From positions 1 through 64,000 of the forward strand of contig CAWDWO010000007.1 in NCBI GenBank assembly GCA_963806035.1: a DNA stretch of 64,000 nt, in the 5' to 3' direction. How positions within the stretch are numbered: position 1 is the first letter of the stretch; each line of letters starts with the position of its first letter. The position numbers and the translations under genes are program-made. The notes beneath the pieces are model-generated. The model saw only the letters and a list, made by a program, of their open reading frames with translations, was not told where the DNA came from and did no database searches. The DNA comes from Candidatus Krumholzibacteriota bacterium (GTDB lineage Bacteria; Krumholzibacteriota; Krumholzibacteriia; JAJRXK01). This document shows positions 21,066 through 30,695 of the stretch, in pieces.

Positions 21066-21117
21066 ACTGGTTTGATACGTCGAGGGAGGCGGGGTGTCAA
21101 GCAAGGATGGTGCCAGA

Positions 21118-22116
21118 CTATCCAGAAAGTCCCTGTTGTAGAATATCGTGGAGATGCAGCACCCCGATCGGCCGCTCCATGTGCACCACCACCAGCTGGG
21201 TGATGGGACCCGTGGGATTCTGCTCCATCTTCTGTAGGGCGACCCGAGCCAGGCAGGCGCCCTCCACCGTCCGCGGGGAGGTGTTCATGAAGCTCGCCAC
21301 CGGTTGACCCAGAGGATCGTCATTCGGCCCGGTGTGGTTGAGGAGAACCCGTTGCAGGTCCCCGTTGGTGAGAAAGCCGCTCAGTTTGCCCGTCTCGTCG
21401 ACGACGCAGCTGCATCCCAGACGCTTGCTGGCAATGACGAGAACGGCGTCGCGCAGGGGCTGGTCCTGCTTCACCACCGGTAGCTCCTCGCCGGTGTGCA
21501 TGAGCTCCTCGACGGTCAGCCTCAGTGTGCGCCCCAGACTTCCGCTGGGATGAAACACGGCAAAGTCTTCCCGCTTGAAGGCGCGCAGACGCAAGAGCGC
21601 GACGGTGAGCGCGTCACCCATGACCATGGCCGCCGTCGAGCTGGAGGTGGGAGTCAAGTTCAAGGGGCATACCTCTCGCTCCACCGCCGTGTCGAGCACG
21701 ATCTCCACTGCCTTGGCCAAGGGCGAGTCGGCAACGCCGGTCATCGCGATGGATCCCAGTCCCAGCGCCCGCAGCGAATGCACCAGGGTCAGGAGTTCAG
21801 CGTTGTGTCCGCTGCGCGAGACGGCCAGCACCAGATCGTTCTCGGTGGCGATTCCCAGATCCCCGTGCAGGGCCTCCACCGGGTGGACGAAGAGCGCCGG
21901 GGTTCCGGTGCTGGTGAAGGTTGCGGCCAGCTTGCGGCCCACCGCTCCGCTCTTGCCCAGCCCGGTGACCAGAACTCGGCCCTGACATTCCAGGATGCGG
22001 CGCACCGCGGCCACGAAACTGGGCCCCAGACGCGAGCCGATTTCCTTGAGGGCCTGCGCCTCCTCCTCGAAGACAGCCTGGCCCATGGCCAACACTTCGC
22101 CCTCGGGTGTCTGCAC
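21118..22116 (-). CDS. kdsD: Arabinose-5-phosphate isomerase (SIS + CBS)
   Basis: GLGKSG, EALHGDLG, PTSSSTA, FHPSGSLG, CBS pair; start approximate. Confidence 0.95.
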   Translation of the reverse strand: MQTPEGEVLAMGQAVFEEEAQALKEIGSRLGPSFVAAVRRILECQGRVLVTGLGKSGAVGRKLAATFTSTGTPALFVHPVEALHGDLGIATENDLVLAVSRSGHNAELLTLVHSLRALGLGSIAMTGVADSPLAKAVEIVLDTAVEREVCPLNLTPTSSSTAAMVMGDALTVALLRLRAFKREDFAVFHPSGSLGRTLRLTVEELMHTGEELPVVKQDQPLRDAVLVIASKRLGCSCVVDETGKLSGFLTNGDLQRVLLNHTGPNDDPLGQPVASFMNTSPRTVEGACLARVALQKMEQNPTGPITQLVVVHMERPIGVLHLHDILQQGLSG

Positions 22117-22145
22117 TGCCTTGTGCAGATCCGCGCGCGCCGGAG

Positions 22146-22724
22146 TCAGACGGTGGTGGTTGGTGGTCTTTTCCACGACTGATCCCCATGGAGTGAGAGA
22201 CGATTTCGAATTGCTTCCCACTGTCCGCGGGCGCGCAGCAGGAACTCGCACGCCTCGCGCACCGCACCCTTGCCGCCGGAAGCTTGCGTGACGAGATCCA
22301 CTCTGGTCCGGATCTCCTCGTGTGCATCTTGCGGAGCAAAGCTCAATCCCACGCGCGCGAGCATCGGAGCATCCAGAATGTCGTCGCCCATGGCCGCGAC
22401 GCGCGACTCCGGTAGTCCGAAGGCGCGCAACACCTCGTCCAGCGCCGCACCCTTGTCGCTGCGGCCCAGCAGGACGGGGTCGATCGCGAGTTCGCGAGCG
22501 CGCACGCGGACCGTCTTGCTCTCGCGTCCGCTGATGATGGCGATACGATATCCGGCTTCACGCAGCAGTGCCAGACCGAGACCATCCCTCACACTGAATG
22601 CGCGCAGCGACTCGCCACTCTCCCCGTAATAGAGCAGCCCGTCGGTCAGGACCCCGTCGACGTCCACGATGAGGGCCTGAATCTCCCTCGCTCTTTCCCA
22701 CAAGCTCTGCGCACTGTCGTCCAT
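22146..22724 (-). CDS. kdsC: KDO-8-phosphate phosphatase
   Basis: DVDGVLTDG, GDDILD, GGKGAVRE. Confidence 0.95.
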   Translation of the reverse strand: MDDSAQSLWERAREIQALIVDVDGVLTDGLLYYGESGESLRAFSVRDGLGLALLREAGYRIAIISGRESKTVRVRARELAIDPVLLGRSDKGAALDEVLRAFGLPESRVAAMGDDILDAPMLARVGLSFAPQDAHEEIRTRVDLVTQASGGKGAVREACEFLLRARGQWEAIRNRLSLHGDQSWKRPPTTTV

Positions 22725-22727
22725 GAG

Positions 22728-23564
22728 CTAGATTGCCTCCCGCACCCTGCGATGGAGATCGACCACCAGGGGCAGCCAGCTCTGCAGGGTATCCAGAGGG
22801 AGTTGGGTCGAGGCGTCCGAGAGAGCGCGCGCCGGTTCGGGATGAGCTTCCAGGAATAGGCCGTCAATCCCGGCCGCCGCCGCGGCGCGCGCCATCATGG
22901 GCGCCAAGGCCGGCGTCCCCCCGCTCACCGAGCCCTCCGCGCTGGGACGCTGCAGCGAGTGCGTGAGATCGAAGATCCACGGCCAACCCAGTTCGTGCGC
23001 GACCGCGAATCCGCGAAAATCCACCACCAGATCGTGGTAGCCGAAGCTCGTGCCGCGTTCGGTCAGGAGGATTCTCTCTCCACCGGCCGCCACGATCTTG
23101 GCGCTCACGTGCGCAAGATCTTCCGGAGCGAGAAATTGCCCCTTCTTCACGTTGACCACTCTCTTGCTGCGCCCGGCCGCCTCCAGCAGGCGGCTCTGGC
23201 GCGAGAGGAAGGCGGGAATCTGTAGGATGTCGACCCCGGCTTCGGCCGCTTCTTCGATTTCCTCCACCGCATGAACGTCGGTGAGGATGGGACATCCCAG
23301 CTCGCCACGAATGCGTGCGAGCAGGGCCAGGCCCTCTTGAGGTCCCGGACCACGCGGACTCTCACCGCGCGTACGATTATCCTTCAAATAGCTGGACTTG
23401 AAGACGTAGCCCACGTTGAGGCGCTTGGCGAGCTTCGCCAAAAAGGAAGCGGTGCGCAGCATCTCGTCAGGATCCTCGAGCACACAGGGACCCGCGATGA
23501 GAAGAAGTGGCGCGCCCGCACCCACTTCCACTTCGTCGATCATGAATCTGCGTGCCGCCGCCAA
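22728..23564 (-). CDS. kdsA: KDO-8-phosphate synthase
   Basis: IAGPCVLE, KDNRT, QIPAFLSRQ, KKGQF, ERGTSFGY, DLTHSLQ; TTG start inferred. Confidence 0.95.
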   Translation of the reverse strand: MAAARRFMIDEVEVGAGAPLLLIAGPCVLEDPDEMLRTASFLAKLAKRLNVGYVFKSSYLKDNRTRGESPRGPGPQEGLALLARIRGELGCPILTDVHAVEEIEEAAEAGVDILQIPAFLSRQSRLLEAAGRSKRVVNVKKGQFLAPEDLAHVSAKIVAAGGERILLTERGTSFGYHDLVVDFRGFAVAHELGWPWIFDLTHSLQRPSAEGSVSGGTPALAPMMARAAAAAGIDGLFLEAHPEPARALSDASTQLPLDTLQSWLPLVVDLHRRVREAI

Positions 23565-23565
23565 C

Positions 23566-25248
23566 TCAAGCCTCTTTTCTTTGCTGGACCGAAGAGGAGG
23601 AATTCTTCCGCTCGGGATCCGCTCCGGCGTGGGCAATCGCGGCCGAAACCAGTCCCAAGAACAGCGGATGCGCGCGCTCGGGCCGGCTCTTCAGTTCGGG
23701 ATGGAATTGGACTCCCACGAAGAAGGGATGATCCGCGAGTTCGACGATCTCCACCAGGCTCCCGTCGGGAGAGAGACCGCTGAAGACCATGCCCGCTCCC
23801 TCGAGGCGTGCGCGGTAGTTGTTGTTCACTTCGTAACGATGGCGATGCCGTTCGTGGATCACGTCGCTGTCGTACAGCCGGTGTGCGATCGTGTCCTGCT
23901 TCAGATGGCAGGGATATGAGCCCAGGCGCATGGTGCCGCCCAGATCCTCGACCCCCTCCTGCTCGCTCAAGAGAGCGATCACCGGATCGGGCGAATCGGG
24001 ATCGAATTCGGTGGAGTTGGCCTTGGTGAGCCCCATGATGGAGCGGGCGAATTCCACGATTCCAATCTGCAGGCCCAGGCAGATTCCCAAATAGGGCAGT
24101 CGATTCTCGCGCGCGAAACGCACCGCGGCGATCTTCCCCTCGGTGCCGCGTTCGCCAAAACCTCCGGGAATGAGCAGTCCGTCCACCTTCCCCAGATGAA
24201 CCGCGGCTCCGTCCGCGGCAACGTCCTCCGCCGGCACCCAGGCCAGATCGACGCGCACCGAGCGGGCTACCCCGGCGTGAATGAAGGCCTCGATGATGCT
24301 CTTGTACGAGTCCTTCAGACCGGTGTACTTACCCACCACCGCGATGCGCACCTCGGCCTCGGGATGGAGCAACTTGTCCACCATCTGCCGCCACGCCGTC
24401 AGGTCGGGCGCCGTCTTGGCGAAGCCCAGGCGCTCGCAGATCCGGTCGGCCAGGCCCTGCCGCTCGAAAGAGAGGGGGATTTGGTAGATGGACTCCGCGT
24501 CGGGGGCGTCGATCACGTGGCTTTCCGCCACATTGCAAAAGAGAGCGATCTTTTTCTTCTCGGCCTCGGGAAGCGGCTGCTCCGCGCGGCAAATCAGAAA
24601 GTCGGGCTGAATGCCGATCCCGCGCAATTCACGCACCGAGTGCTGGGTGGGTTTGGTCTTGAATTCACCAGCCGTGGCGATGTGGGGTACCAAGGTCAAA
24701 TGCAGGAAAAGGCAGCGCCCTTCTCCCAGCTCGAGCCGGAGCTGGCGGAGGGCCTCCAGGAAGGGCTGGCCTTCGATGTCCCCGATGGTGCCACCAATTT
24801 CGGTGATGACCACGTCGACCGGCGGATCGTCATCGCTGCGGGGAATCGCGGTCAGTTTGATGCGATGTTTGACCTCATCGGTCACGTGCGGCACGACCTG
24901 CACCGTTCGTCCCAGGTACTCGCCCTTACGTTCCCGATTCAGGATGGCGTCGTAGATCTGTCCACTGGTGACGTTGTGGATCCGCCCCAGATTGCGATCG
25001 ATGAACCGCTCGTAATGGCCGAGATCGAGGTCGGTTTCGGCTCCGTCGTCGGTGACGTACACCTCACCGTGCTGAAAGGGGCTCATGGTGCCAGGATCCA
25101 AATTGAGGTAGGGATCGAATTTTTGCAGCACCACGTTGAGCCCGCGTGCCTTCAGCAGCTTCCCCAAGGAGGCGGTAGCGATCCCCTTGCCCAGACTGGA
25201 GACCACTCCCCCGGTCACGAAGATGTAGCGGGTGTGTTTGCCGTCCAC
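23566..25248 (-). CDS. pyrG: CTP synthase
   Basis: TGGVVSSLGKG, KTKPTQHSV, GICLG, RHRHRYE, QFHPE. Confidence 0.98.
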   Translation of the reverse strand: MDGKHTRYIFVTGGVVSSLGKGIATASLGKLLKARGLNVVLQKFDPYLNLDPGTMSPFQHGEVYVTDDGAETDLDLGHYERFIDRNLGRIHNVTSGQIYDAILNRERKGEYLGRTVQVVPHVTDEVKHRIKLTAIPRSDDDPPVDVVITEIGGTIGDIEGQPFLEALRQLRLELGEGRCLFLHLTLVPHIATAGEFKTKPTQHSVRELRGIGIQPDFLICRAEQPLPEAEKKKIALFCNVAESHVIDAPDAESIYQIPLSFERQGLADRICERLGFAKTAPDLTAWRQMVDKLLHPEAEVRIAVVGKYTGLKDSYKSIIEAFIHAGVARSVRVDLAWVPAEDVAADGAAVHLGKVDGLLIPGGFGERGTEGKIAAVRFARENRLPYLGICLGLQIGIVEFARSIMGLTKANSTEFDPDSPDPVIALLSEQEGVEDLGGTMRLGSYPCHLKQDTIAHRLYDSDVIHERHRHRYEVNNNYRARLEGAGMVFSGLSPDGSLVEIVELADHPFFVGVQFHPELKSRPERAHPLFLGLVSAAIAHAGADPERKNSSSSVQQRKEA

Positions 25249-25330
25249 CGGATCCTCCTTGAAACGAGAACTCGCCGCGACCCTAACTCATCTTCGCCCG
25301 GCGGGGAAGAAGCGGCCATGGGGAGCTGCC

Positions 25331-26116
25331 TCAGCCCCCGTCGTTGGCCAATTGGCGCTCGATTCTCTCCAGATCGCGCGGGGTATCCACCCCCGGGGGC
25401 AGAGCCGCGATGGTACCCACGACGATCCGCTGGCCACTCTCCAAGAAACGCAACTGTTCCAGATTTTCCACTCTCTCCAGCCGGCCAGGAGGACGCTTCA
25501 AGAATTCCAGCAGAGCCTTCCGCCGAAAGCCATAAAGGCCGACGTGGCGCAGACCACACGGAGCATCATCACTCGCCGTGTCGCCGAGCCCGGCGCGCTG
25601 GCCAGGAATGGATGCCCGGGAAAAGTAGAGAGCGAAGCCGCGCTCGTCGCAGACCACCTTGACCACGTTGGCATCGCGGTAGGCTTCGTCCAAAAGGGAG
25701 AGAGGAGAGGCCAGGGTGCTCACGGCTGCCTGGGGATGCTCCTCGAGGAGCTCCACGAGCCGGTCGATGGCCGAGGGGCGGACCAGGGGCTCGTCTCCCT
25801 GTACGTTGAGCACGAGCTCCTCCTCGCGCTCCTGCACCACCTCGCCGATCCGGTCGCTCCCGGTGGCGTGGTCTCCTCGCGTGAGCTGTACGCTGGCTCC
25901 GGCTTCGCGGGCGGCCCGGGCGATACGCTCGTCGTCGGTCGCGACCAGGACCTCTCCCACGCGCCGCGCCCCCTTGGCCGCGCGAACCACGTGCGCAATC
26001 AGCGGCAGGCCACGAAGGAGAGCCAGTGGTTTGCCGGGAAAACGCGTACTGCCGTAGCGGGCCGGGATGACCGCCACCACCTGACCCTTCTCTATCGAAG
26101 AACTCTGCCGGCTCAT
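25331..26116 (-). CDS. kdsB: CMP-KDO synthetase
   Basis: IPARYGSTRFPGKPL, NVQGDEP, YFSRA, LEQLR, GVDTP. Confidence 0.96.
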   Translation of the reverse strand: MSRQSSSIEKGQVVAVIPARYGSTRFPGKPLALLRGLPLIAHVVRAAKGARRVGEVLVATDDERIARAAREAGASVQLTRGDHATGSDRIGEVVQEREEELVLNVQGDEPLVRPSAIDRLVELLEEHPQAAVSTLASPLSLLDEAYRDANVVKVVCDERGFALYFSRASIPGQRAGLGDTASDDAPCGLRHVGLYGFRRKALLEFLKRPPGRLERVENLEQLRFLESGQRIVVGTIAALPPGVDTPRDLERIERQLANDGG

Positions 26117-26187
26117 CGACGTCCCTTCCCTCTTCGGGCGCTCGCCACCCCACTTAGACCCTGCATCCCTTGCTTTGTCAACAGAGA

Positions 26188-26215
26188 CGCCCACCCCCCG
26201 GCTGGGAGGTGGGCG
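26188..26215 (-). terminator. GC-rich hairpin downstream of rpmA (probable terminator)
   Basis: CGCCCACC...GGTGGGCG inverted repeat; weak U-tract. Confidence 0.5.
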
Positions 26216-26242
26216 CTTGGAGAATCATCGGGCATCGTGGCC

Positions 26243-26500
26243 TCAGTTGATCGTGAGAACGCTGACCCGTTTGCGGCCCTTGCCCCATTCCTCGTATTGC
26301 ACTTGCCCATCCACCTTGGCGTAGAGCGTGTAGTCCTTGCCCGTGCCCACGTTGGTTCCGGCGTGGATCTTGGTTCCCAGCTGGCGCACCAGAATGCTGC
26401 CCGCCGAGACGATCTCTCCTCCGAAAGCCTTCACACCCCGGTGCTGGGGATTGCTGTCGCGTCCGTTGCGGCTGGAGCCGACACCCTTCTTGTGAGCCAT
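26243..26500 (-). CDS. rpmA: 50S ribosomal protein L27
   Basis: [16 protein letters not shown]. Confidence 0.98.
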   Translation of the reverse strand: MAHKKGVGSSRNGRDSNPQHRGVKAFGGEIVSAGSILVRQLGTKIHAGTNVGTGKDYTLYAKVDGQVQYEEWGKGRKRVSVLTIN

Positions 26501-26512
26501 GGTCTTGTCTCC

Positions 26513-26827
26513 TTAGCCTTGAATGCCGGTGATCTTGACGGCAGTGTAGAGCTGGCGGTGGCCCTGTGTCTTCTGGAAGTTCTTGCGCCGCTTCTTCTTG
26601 AAAACGACCACTTTTTCTTCCTTGCCCTGACCCACGACCTCGGCCAAGACCTTCGCGCCTTCCACGAGCGGCGCCCCCACCCGGACTTCGTCCCCTCCCA
26701 CCAGGAGGACTTCGTCGAACTCCAGTTTCGCGCCCATCTCGGCCTCCATCAGAGGCACCCGGATGACGTCGTTCTCACTTACCCGAAACTGGACATCCGC
26801 GATTCGAACTACGGCGGATTGAGACAT
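26513..26827 (-). CDS. rplU: 50S ribosomal protein L21
   Basis: QFRVSE, VGAPLVEGAKV, KKKRRK..GHRQ; upstream of rpmA. Confidence 0.96.
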   Translation of the reverse strand: MSQSAVVRIADVQFRVSENDVIRVPLMEAEMGAKLEFDEVLLVGGDEVRVGAPLVEGAKVLAEVVGQGKEEKVVVFKKKRRKNFQKTQGHRQLYTAVKITGIQG

Positions 26828-26932
26828 GATAGCACCCTGCTTGTTTCGATTGCCTTCTTGCCGCGCCTTCAGGCCGACTCCGGTGGAAGTTCCCGGCGGG
26901 ACGCTCCAGGCGGCTCTCAGCACGGACCGGAA

Positions 26933-26961
26933 AATGTATCAAGGGGCTCCCCCCTCGTCAA
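26933..26961 (-). promoter_or_regulatory. Sigma70 promoter of rplU-rpmA (TTGACG-17-TACATT)
   Basis: Near-consensus hexamers with exact 17-nt spacer. Confidence 0.65.
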
Positions 26962-27097
26962 GGCCGCCGGCCGGCGCTCCTTGCCAAAGCCCCGGCCTGG
27001 GCTTAGTACTTGAGCGTCCCAAGGGCTCGGCGGGAGGCCGTCGAGCGAGTTTGCGCGCTTTTGAGGGCCCTGGCCCGCGAAAACAGAGAGGTTGGCA

Positions 27098-28030
27098 ATG
27101 AGCGAGATTCGCAAGAGCATCGTCATCGGTTCGGGCCCGGCCGGTCTCACGGCCGCCCTCTACCTCTCCCGCGCCAACCTCAGCCCTCAGGTCTTCGAAG
27201 GCGAGCAGCCCGGAGGGCAGCTCACCATCACCACCGAGGTGGAGAACTATCCCGGGTTTCCCGAGGGAATTCAGGGCCCCGAGCTCATGGACCTCTTCCG
27301 CAAACAGGCGCAGCGCTTTGGCGCCGAGTGCGAGTTCAAGACCGTGACCAAGGTGGATCTCTCCAAGAGGCCCTTCACGATCACCCTGGGCGATGAGAGC
27401 GAGCACCGGGCGCATTCGCTGGTGATCTCAACCGGGAGTTCGGCGCGCTGGCTGGGGCTGAAGAACGAGACCCGCCTGCGCGGCCACGGGGTGAGCGCCT
27501 GCGCCACCTGTGACGGCTTCTTCTTCAAGGACGAAGTCATCACCATCGTGGGCGGCGGCGACACCGCCATGGAGGAAGCCCTCTTCCTCACGAAATTCGC
27601 CAGCAAGGTGATCATCGTGCACCGCCGCGACGAGCTGCGCGCCTCCAAGGTCATGCGGGATCGAGCCCTGGCCAACGAGAAGATCGAGGTGGCCTGGAAC
27701 AAGGTGGTGGTCGATGTCCTGGGCGATGACAAGGTCGAGGGAGTGAGAGTGAAGGACACCGAGACCGACGAGGAATCCACGATCGAGTGCGGGGGATTCT
27801 TCCTCGCCATCGGGCACGATCCCAACACGAAGATCTTCGAGGGCCAACTGGAGCTGGACGAGCAGGGCTACATCAAGACGCACGACCAGGTAGTCACCAA
27901 CGTCGAGGGGGTCTTCGCCGCCGGCGACGTGCAGGATCACGTGTACCGGCAAGCGGTGACCGCCGCGGGAAGCGGGTGTCAGGCCGCGATTCGCGCGGAG
28001 CGTTGGCTGGGCGAACAGGGGATCGAGTAA
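27098..28030 (+). CDS. trxB: Thioredoxin reductase
   Basis: [36 protein letters not shown]. Confidence 0.97.
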   Translation: MSEIRKSIVIGSGPAGLTAALYLSRANLSPQVFEGEQPGGQLTITTEVENYPGFPEGIQGPELMDLFRKQAQRFGAECEFKTVTKVDLSKRPFTITLGDESEHRAHSLVISTGSSARWLGLKNETRLRGHGVSACATCDGFFFKDEVITIVGGGDTAMEEALFLTKFASKVIIVHRRDELRASKVMRDRALANEKIEVAWNKVVVDVLGDDKVEGVRVKDTETDEESTIECGGFFLAIGHDPNTKIFEGQLELDEQGYIKTHDQVVTNVEGVFAAGDVQDHVYRQAVTAAGSGCQAAIRAERWLGEQGIE

Positions 28031-28073
28031 TTCCCTTGCTGCGCGTCGGGCTTCATTCGCCGGCGCGAGAAAC

Positions 28074-28619
28074 TCAAGCGTCGTGCAACAGACTCAGCAT
28101 CTCGGCCCGGGTCGCGGGCCGGTTGCGGAAAGCCCCCAGCATTTCGCTGGTAATGGCGATCGAGTTCTGTTTTTCCACTCCCCGCATCATCATGCACAGG
28201 TGTTGCGCGCGGATCACCACCGCGACGCCCTGGGGATGCAAGTAGTCGTTGAGCGCGTTGGCGATTTGAGTCGTGAGGCGCTCCTGCACCTGCAGGCGAC
28301 GCGCAAAGATCTCGACGATCCGCGCCATCTTGCTCAGTCCGATGATCTTCCCGTCGGGAATGTAGGCGACGCCCGCCTTTCCGAAGAATGGCAACATGTG
28401 GTGCTCGCACATGCTGTAAAAGTCGATGTTCTTCACCATTACCATTTCGCGATTCTCGGAATCGAAGATCGCGTCGTTCATCGCTTCTTCCACGTCGCCG
28501 CGGTAGCCGTTGCAGAGGAACTGCCAGGCCTCCGCGACTCGCTGCGGGGTTCTCTGCAGACCTTCGCGATCTGGATCTTCGCCGAGTTCCACCAGCATCT
28601 TCCGGATCAATTCTTCCAT
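28074..28619 (-). CDS. folE: GTP cyclohydrolase I
   Basis: [33 protein letters not shown]. Confidence 0.97.
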   Translation of the reverse strand: MEELIRKMLVELGEDPDREGLQRTPQRVAEAWQFLCNGYRGDVEEAMNDAIFDSENREMVMVKNIDFYSMCEHHMLPFFGKAGVAYIPDGKIIGLSKMARIVEIFARRLQVQERLTTQIANALNDYLHPQGVAVVIRAQHLCMMMRGVEKQNSIAITSEMLGAFRNRPATRAEMLSLLHDA

Positions 28620-28698
28620 CTCGACTCCTTTGCGCGCTAGCTCACCGGCGCAAAACTACCGCTCTCGGTGGAGCGGCCCAAAACTCATCAGAGCAAAC

Positions 28699-29088
28699 TC
28701 AGCTCGCCACGAAATGGTTCCTCGGAGTTTCGACCAGCTCCACGGAGACCAGGCGAGGACCTCCTGCGAACTCCTCATCGAGCCAGTTCTTGAACACCCG
28801 CGCGAGATTCTCTCCCGTCGTCACTTCGTCGATGATGTCGTCCAGGTGGCGATGATCCACCTTGGAAATCAGGCACTCTTCTACTCGACGGTCCACTTTC
28901 CGGCGATCGAAGAGCATACCCGTGATCGGATCGGGTTCTCCCTCGAAGAGGAGGACGAGCTCGTAGTTGTGCCCGTGGCCTCCTTCGTTGGCGCACTTTC
29001 CGTAGACCTCCACGTTCTCGTTCTCGGCAAGCGCGGAGGTATGAAGGCGGTGCGAAGCCTCGAAGCGATAGATCCGGCCGACCCTCAT
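28699..29088 (-). CDS. 6-pyruvoyl-tetrahydropterin synthase family protein (CX5HGH motif)
   Basis: FEASHRLH, KCANEGGHGHNY, DHRHL, TTGEN, ETPRN. Confidence 0.88.
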   Translation of the reverse strand: MRVGRIYRFEASHRLHTSALAENENVEVYGKCANEGGHGHNYELVLLFEGEPDPITGMLFDRRKVDRRVEECLISKVDHRHLDDIIDEVTTGENLARVFKNWLDEEFAGGPRLVSVELVETPRNHFVAS

Positions 29089-29525
29089 TGCGACGGCTCC
29101 TTCTCCAGCTCCGCGTAGAGATCTTCGCTCTCCCACAGGCGGATCAACGACAGCCGGCATTCACCCAGCTCGGCAATCGGTTGCTCCAGAACCGACCAGA
29201 GATAACGAACGAGGTTCTCGCAGCTGGGAATGAGATCGGCGAAGTATTCCACGTCGTAATTCAGAAAAGAGTGGTCGAGCTTCTCCACCACGATCTTCCG
29301 CAGCAATTTGTCCAGATCGGCCAGATTGATGACCATGCCGGTGACCGGATCCACCGGGCCTTCCACGCCGACCTCGAGGCGGTAGTTGTGTCCGTGCCCA
29401 TGTGGCCGGTTGCAAGCTCCGAACACTTCGCGATTCTGCTCTTCACTGAGCGCCGCGCTGTGATAGCGGTGTCCGGCGCAGAAGCGCACCGTCCTGAGGA
29501 TTCGAAGGCGGGAAGTCGCGGGCAA
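29085..29525 (-). CDS. 6-pyruvoyl-tetrahydropterin synthase family protein (CX5HGH motif)
   Basis: FCAGHRYH, ACNRPHGHGHNY, DHSFLN, PSCENL; TTG start after GGAGGTG SD. Confidence 0.88.
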   Translation of the reverse strand: MPATSRLRILRTVRFCAGHRYHSAALSEEQNREVFGACNRPHGHGHNYRLEVGVEGPVDPVTGMVINLADLDKLLRKIVVEKLDHSFLNYDVEYFADLIPSCENLVRYLWSVLEQPIAELGECRLSLIRLWESEDLYAELEKEPSQ

Positions 29526-29660
29526 TGGAGCACCTCCTCGCAAAGCCTTCACTTCGATCGGCTGACCGGAGCGAAGCTGCATTCACAAAAGTCCCCATAG
29601 GATATGACGCTCCAAGCCGCCTCGCCACGAGCGCAAGTGGCACGAATCATTGGGCGGAAT

Positions 29661-30398
29661 TCACACGAGGTGGAGTCCTCCATCAACCGAGAAGTCGCTG
29701 CCGGTGGTCCAGGCCGATTCCTCGCTGGCGAGAAAGAGAATCGCGCTTGCCACTTCCTCGGCCGTTCCGATGCGCCCCAAGGGATGCATTTTTGCAGCCC
29801 CACGCAAATCCGCGCCCTGGTGGATGGGAGTCTGGACGACTCCGGGGCTCACGCTGACGACGCGAATCCCATCGGCGGCCCACTCCAATGCCAGGGATTG
29901 TCCAAAGGAAAGGAGCGCGGCTTTGGACGCGCAGTAGGCGGCGGCTCCGGGAACCGGCCGGTGCGCCAGATTGCTGAGCACGTTCACGACCACGGCTTCT
30001 TCGGCGGCCTTGAGCCAGGAATACGCCGCCTTGCACAGCAGATAGGGGGCGCGCACGTTCAAGTCGAAGTGCGCCTGCCACTGGTCCAGTTCGAGTTCGG
30101 TCACTGGCTGAGGGAAATAGAGTCCGGCGTTGTTCACCAGGATGTCGATCCCGTCCATGCTGCGGGCGGCGCTTGCGACGACCCGTTCCGCCGCCTCTGC
30201 CTCATAGAGGTCCGCCGCGAGCAGCCCGGCCTTTCCTCCCGCGCTCGAGATTTCTTCCTGCACCCCGCGGAGATTGTCCTCTCCCCGCCCCACCAGGTAC
30301 ACCGAGGCGCCCGCGCGGCTGAATTGTCTGGCGGTGGCCGCGCCGATCCCGCTCCCCCCACCGGTGATCAGCGCCTTGCGACCGTGCAAAGTGAACAT
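29661..30398 (-). CDS. Short-chain dehydrogenase/reductase (SDR)
   Basis: TGGGSGIG, NNAG, YCASK, SPG. Confidence 0.92.
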   Translation of the reverse strand: MFTLHGRKALITGGGSGIGAATARQFSRAGASVYLVGRGEDNLRGVQEEISSAGGKAGLLAADLYEAEAAERVVASAARSMDGIDILVNNAGLYFPQPVTELELDQWQAHFDLNVRAPYLLCKAAYSWLKAAEEAVVVNVLSNLAHRPVPGAAAYCASKAALLSFGQSLALEWAADGIRVVSVSPGVVQTPIHQGADLRGAAKMHPLGRIGTAEEVASAILFLASEESAWTTGSDFSVDGGLHLV

Positions 30399-30517
30399 CG
30401 CAGCTCCTCTCTCCGCCTTCGGAATTCGTGTCCGAAGCTAGCAGTCAGCTTCCCCATGATTCCTCAGGATATCCGATCCTACCCCACACCACCGGCCAGC
30501 GCGACTTGGGGGCGGGG

Positions 30518-30533
30518 TGGCATCCGGGTTGCT
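30518..30533 (+). promoter_or_regulatory. Sigma54 (-24/-12) promoter TGGCATCCGGGTTGCT
   Basis: Exact TGGC-N7-TTGCW geometry in an intergenic region; rpoN is present in the window. Confidence 0.75.
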
Positions 30534-30543
30534 GTAAGTGTCC

Positions 30544-30680
30544 GCGTACTCGATTTCGCCGGAGGGCGGAACGGAAAACTTCAGAACGAATTCGGGCTCA
30601 TCACAAAGTCGTCCCCCCCAGAGATCGTGTGATGAGCGTAGTTCTGGAGCCCCCGCTTTCGTCCTCCGGCGGATTTTTTT
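30544..30680 (+). ncRNA. Putative sigma54-dependent sRNA: one long hairpin with C-rich apical loop and 3' U-tract
   Basis: Nested pairings CGCCGGAGG/CCTCCGGCG, CAGAAC/GTTCTG, GCTCATCACA/TGTGATGAGC around GTCCCCCCCAG; ends in T7. Confidence 0.65.
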
Positions 30681-30695
30681 GCCCGGTGGCCCCCT

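Noticed and set aside
28699..29525. queD (queuosine) assignment
   Set aside because: Both copies have CX5HGH rather than CX3HGH, and no queC/queE is adjacent
30544..30680. SRP RNA, tRNA or 6S identity for the hairpin RNA
   Set aside because: No SRP GGAA-loop motif, no cloverleaf or TpsiC arm, shorter than typical 6S and lacking a large central bubble
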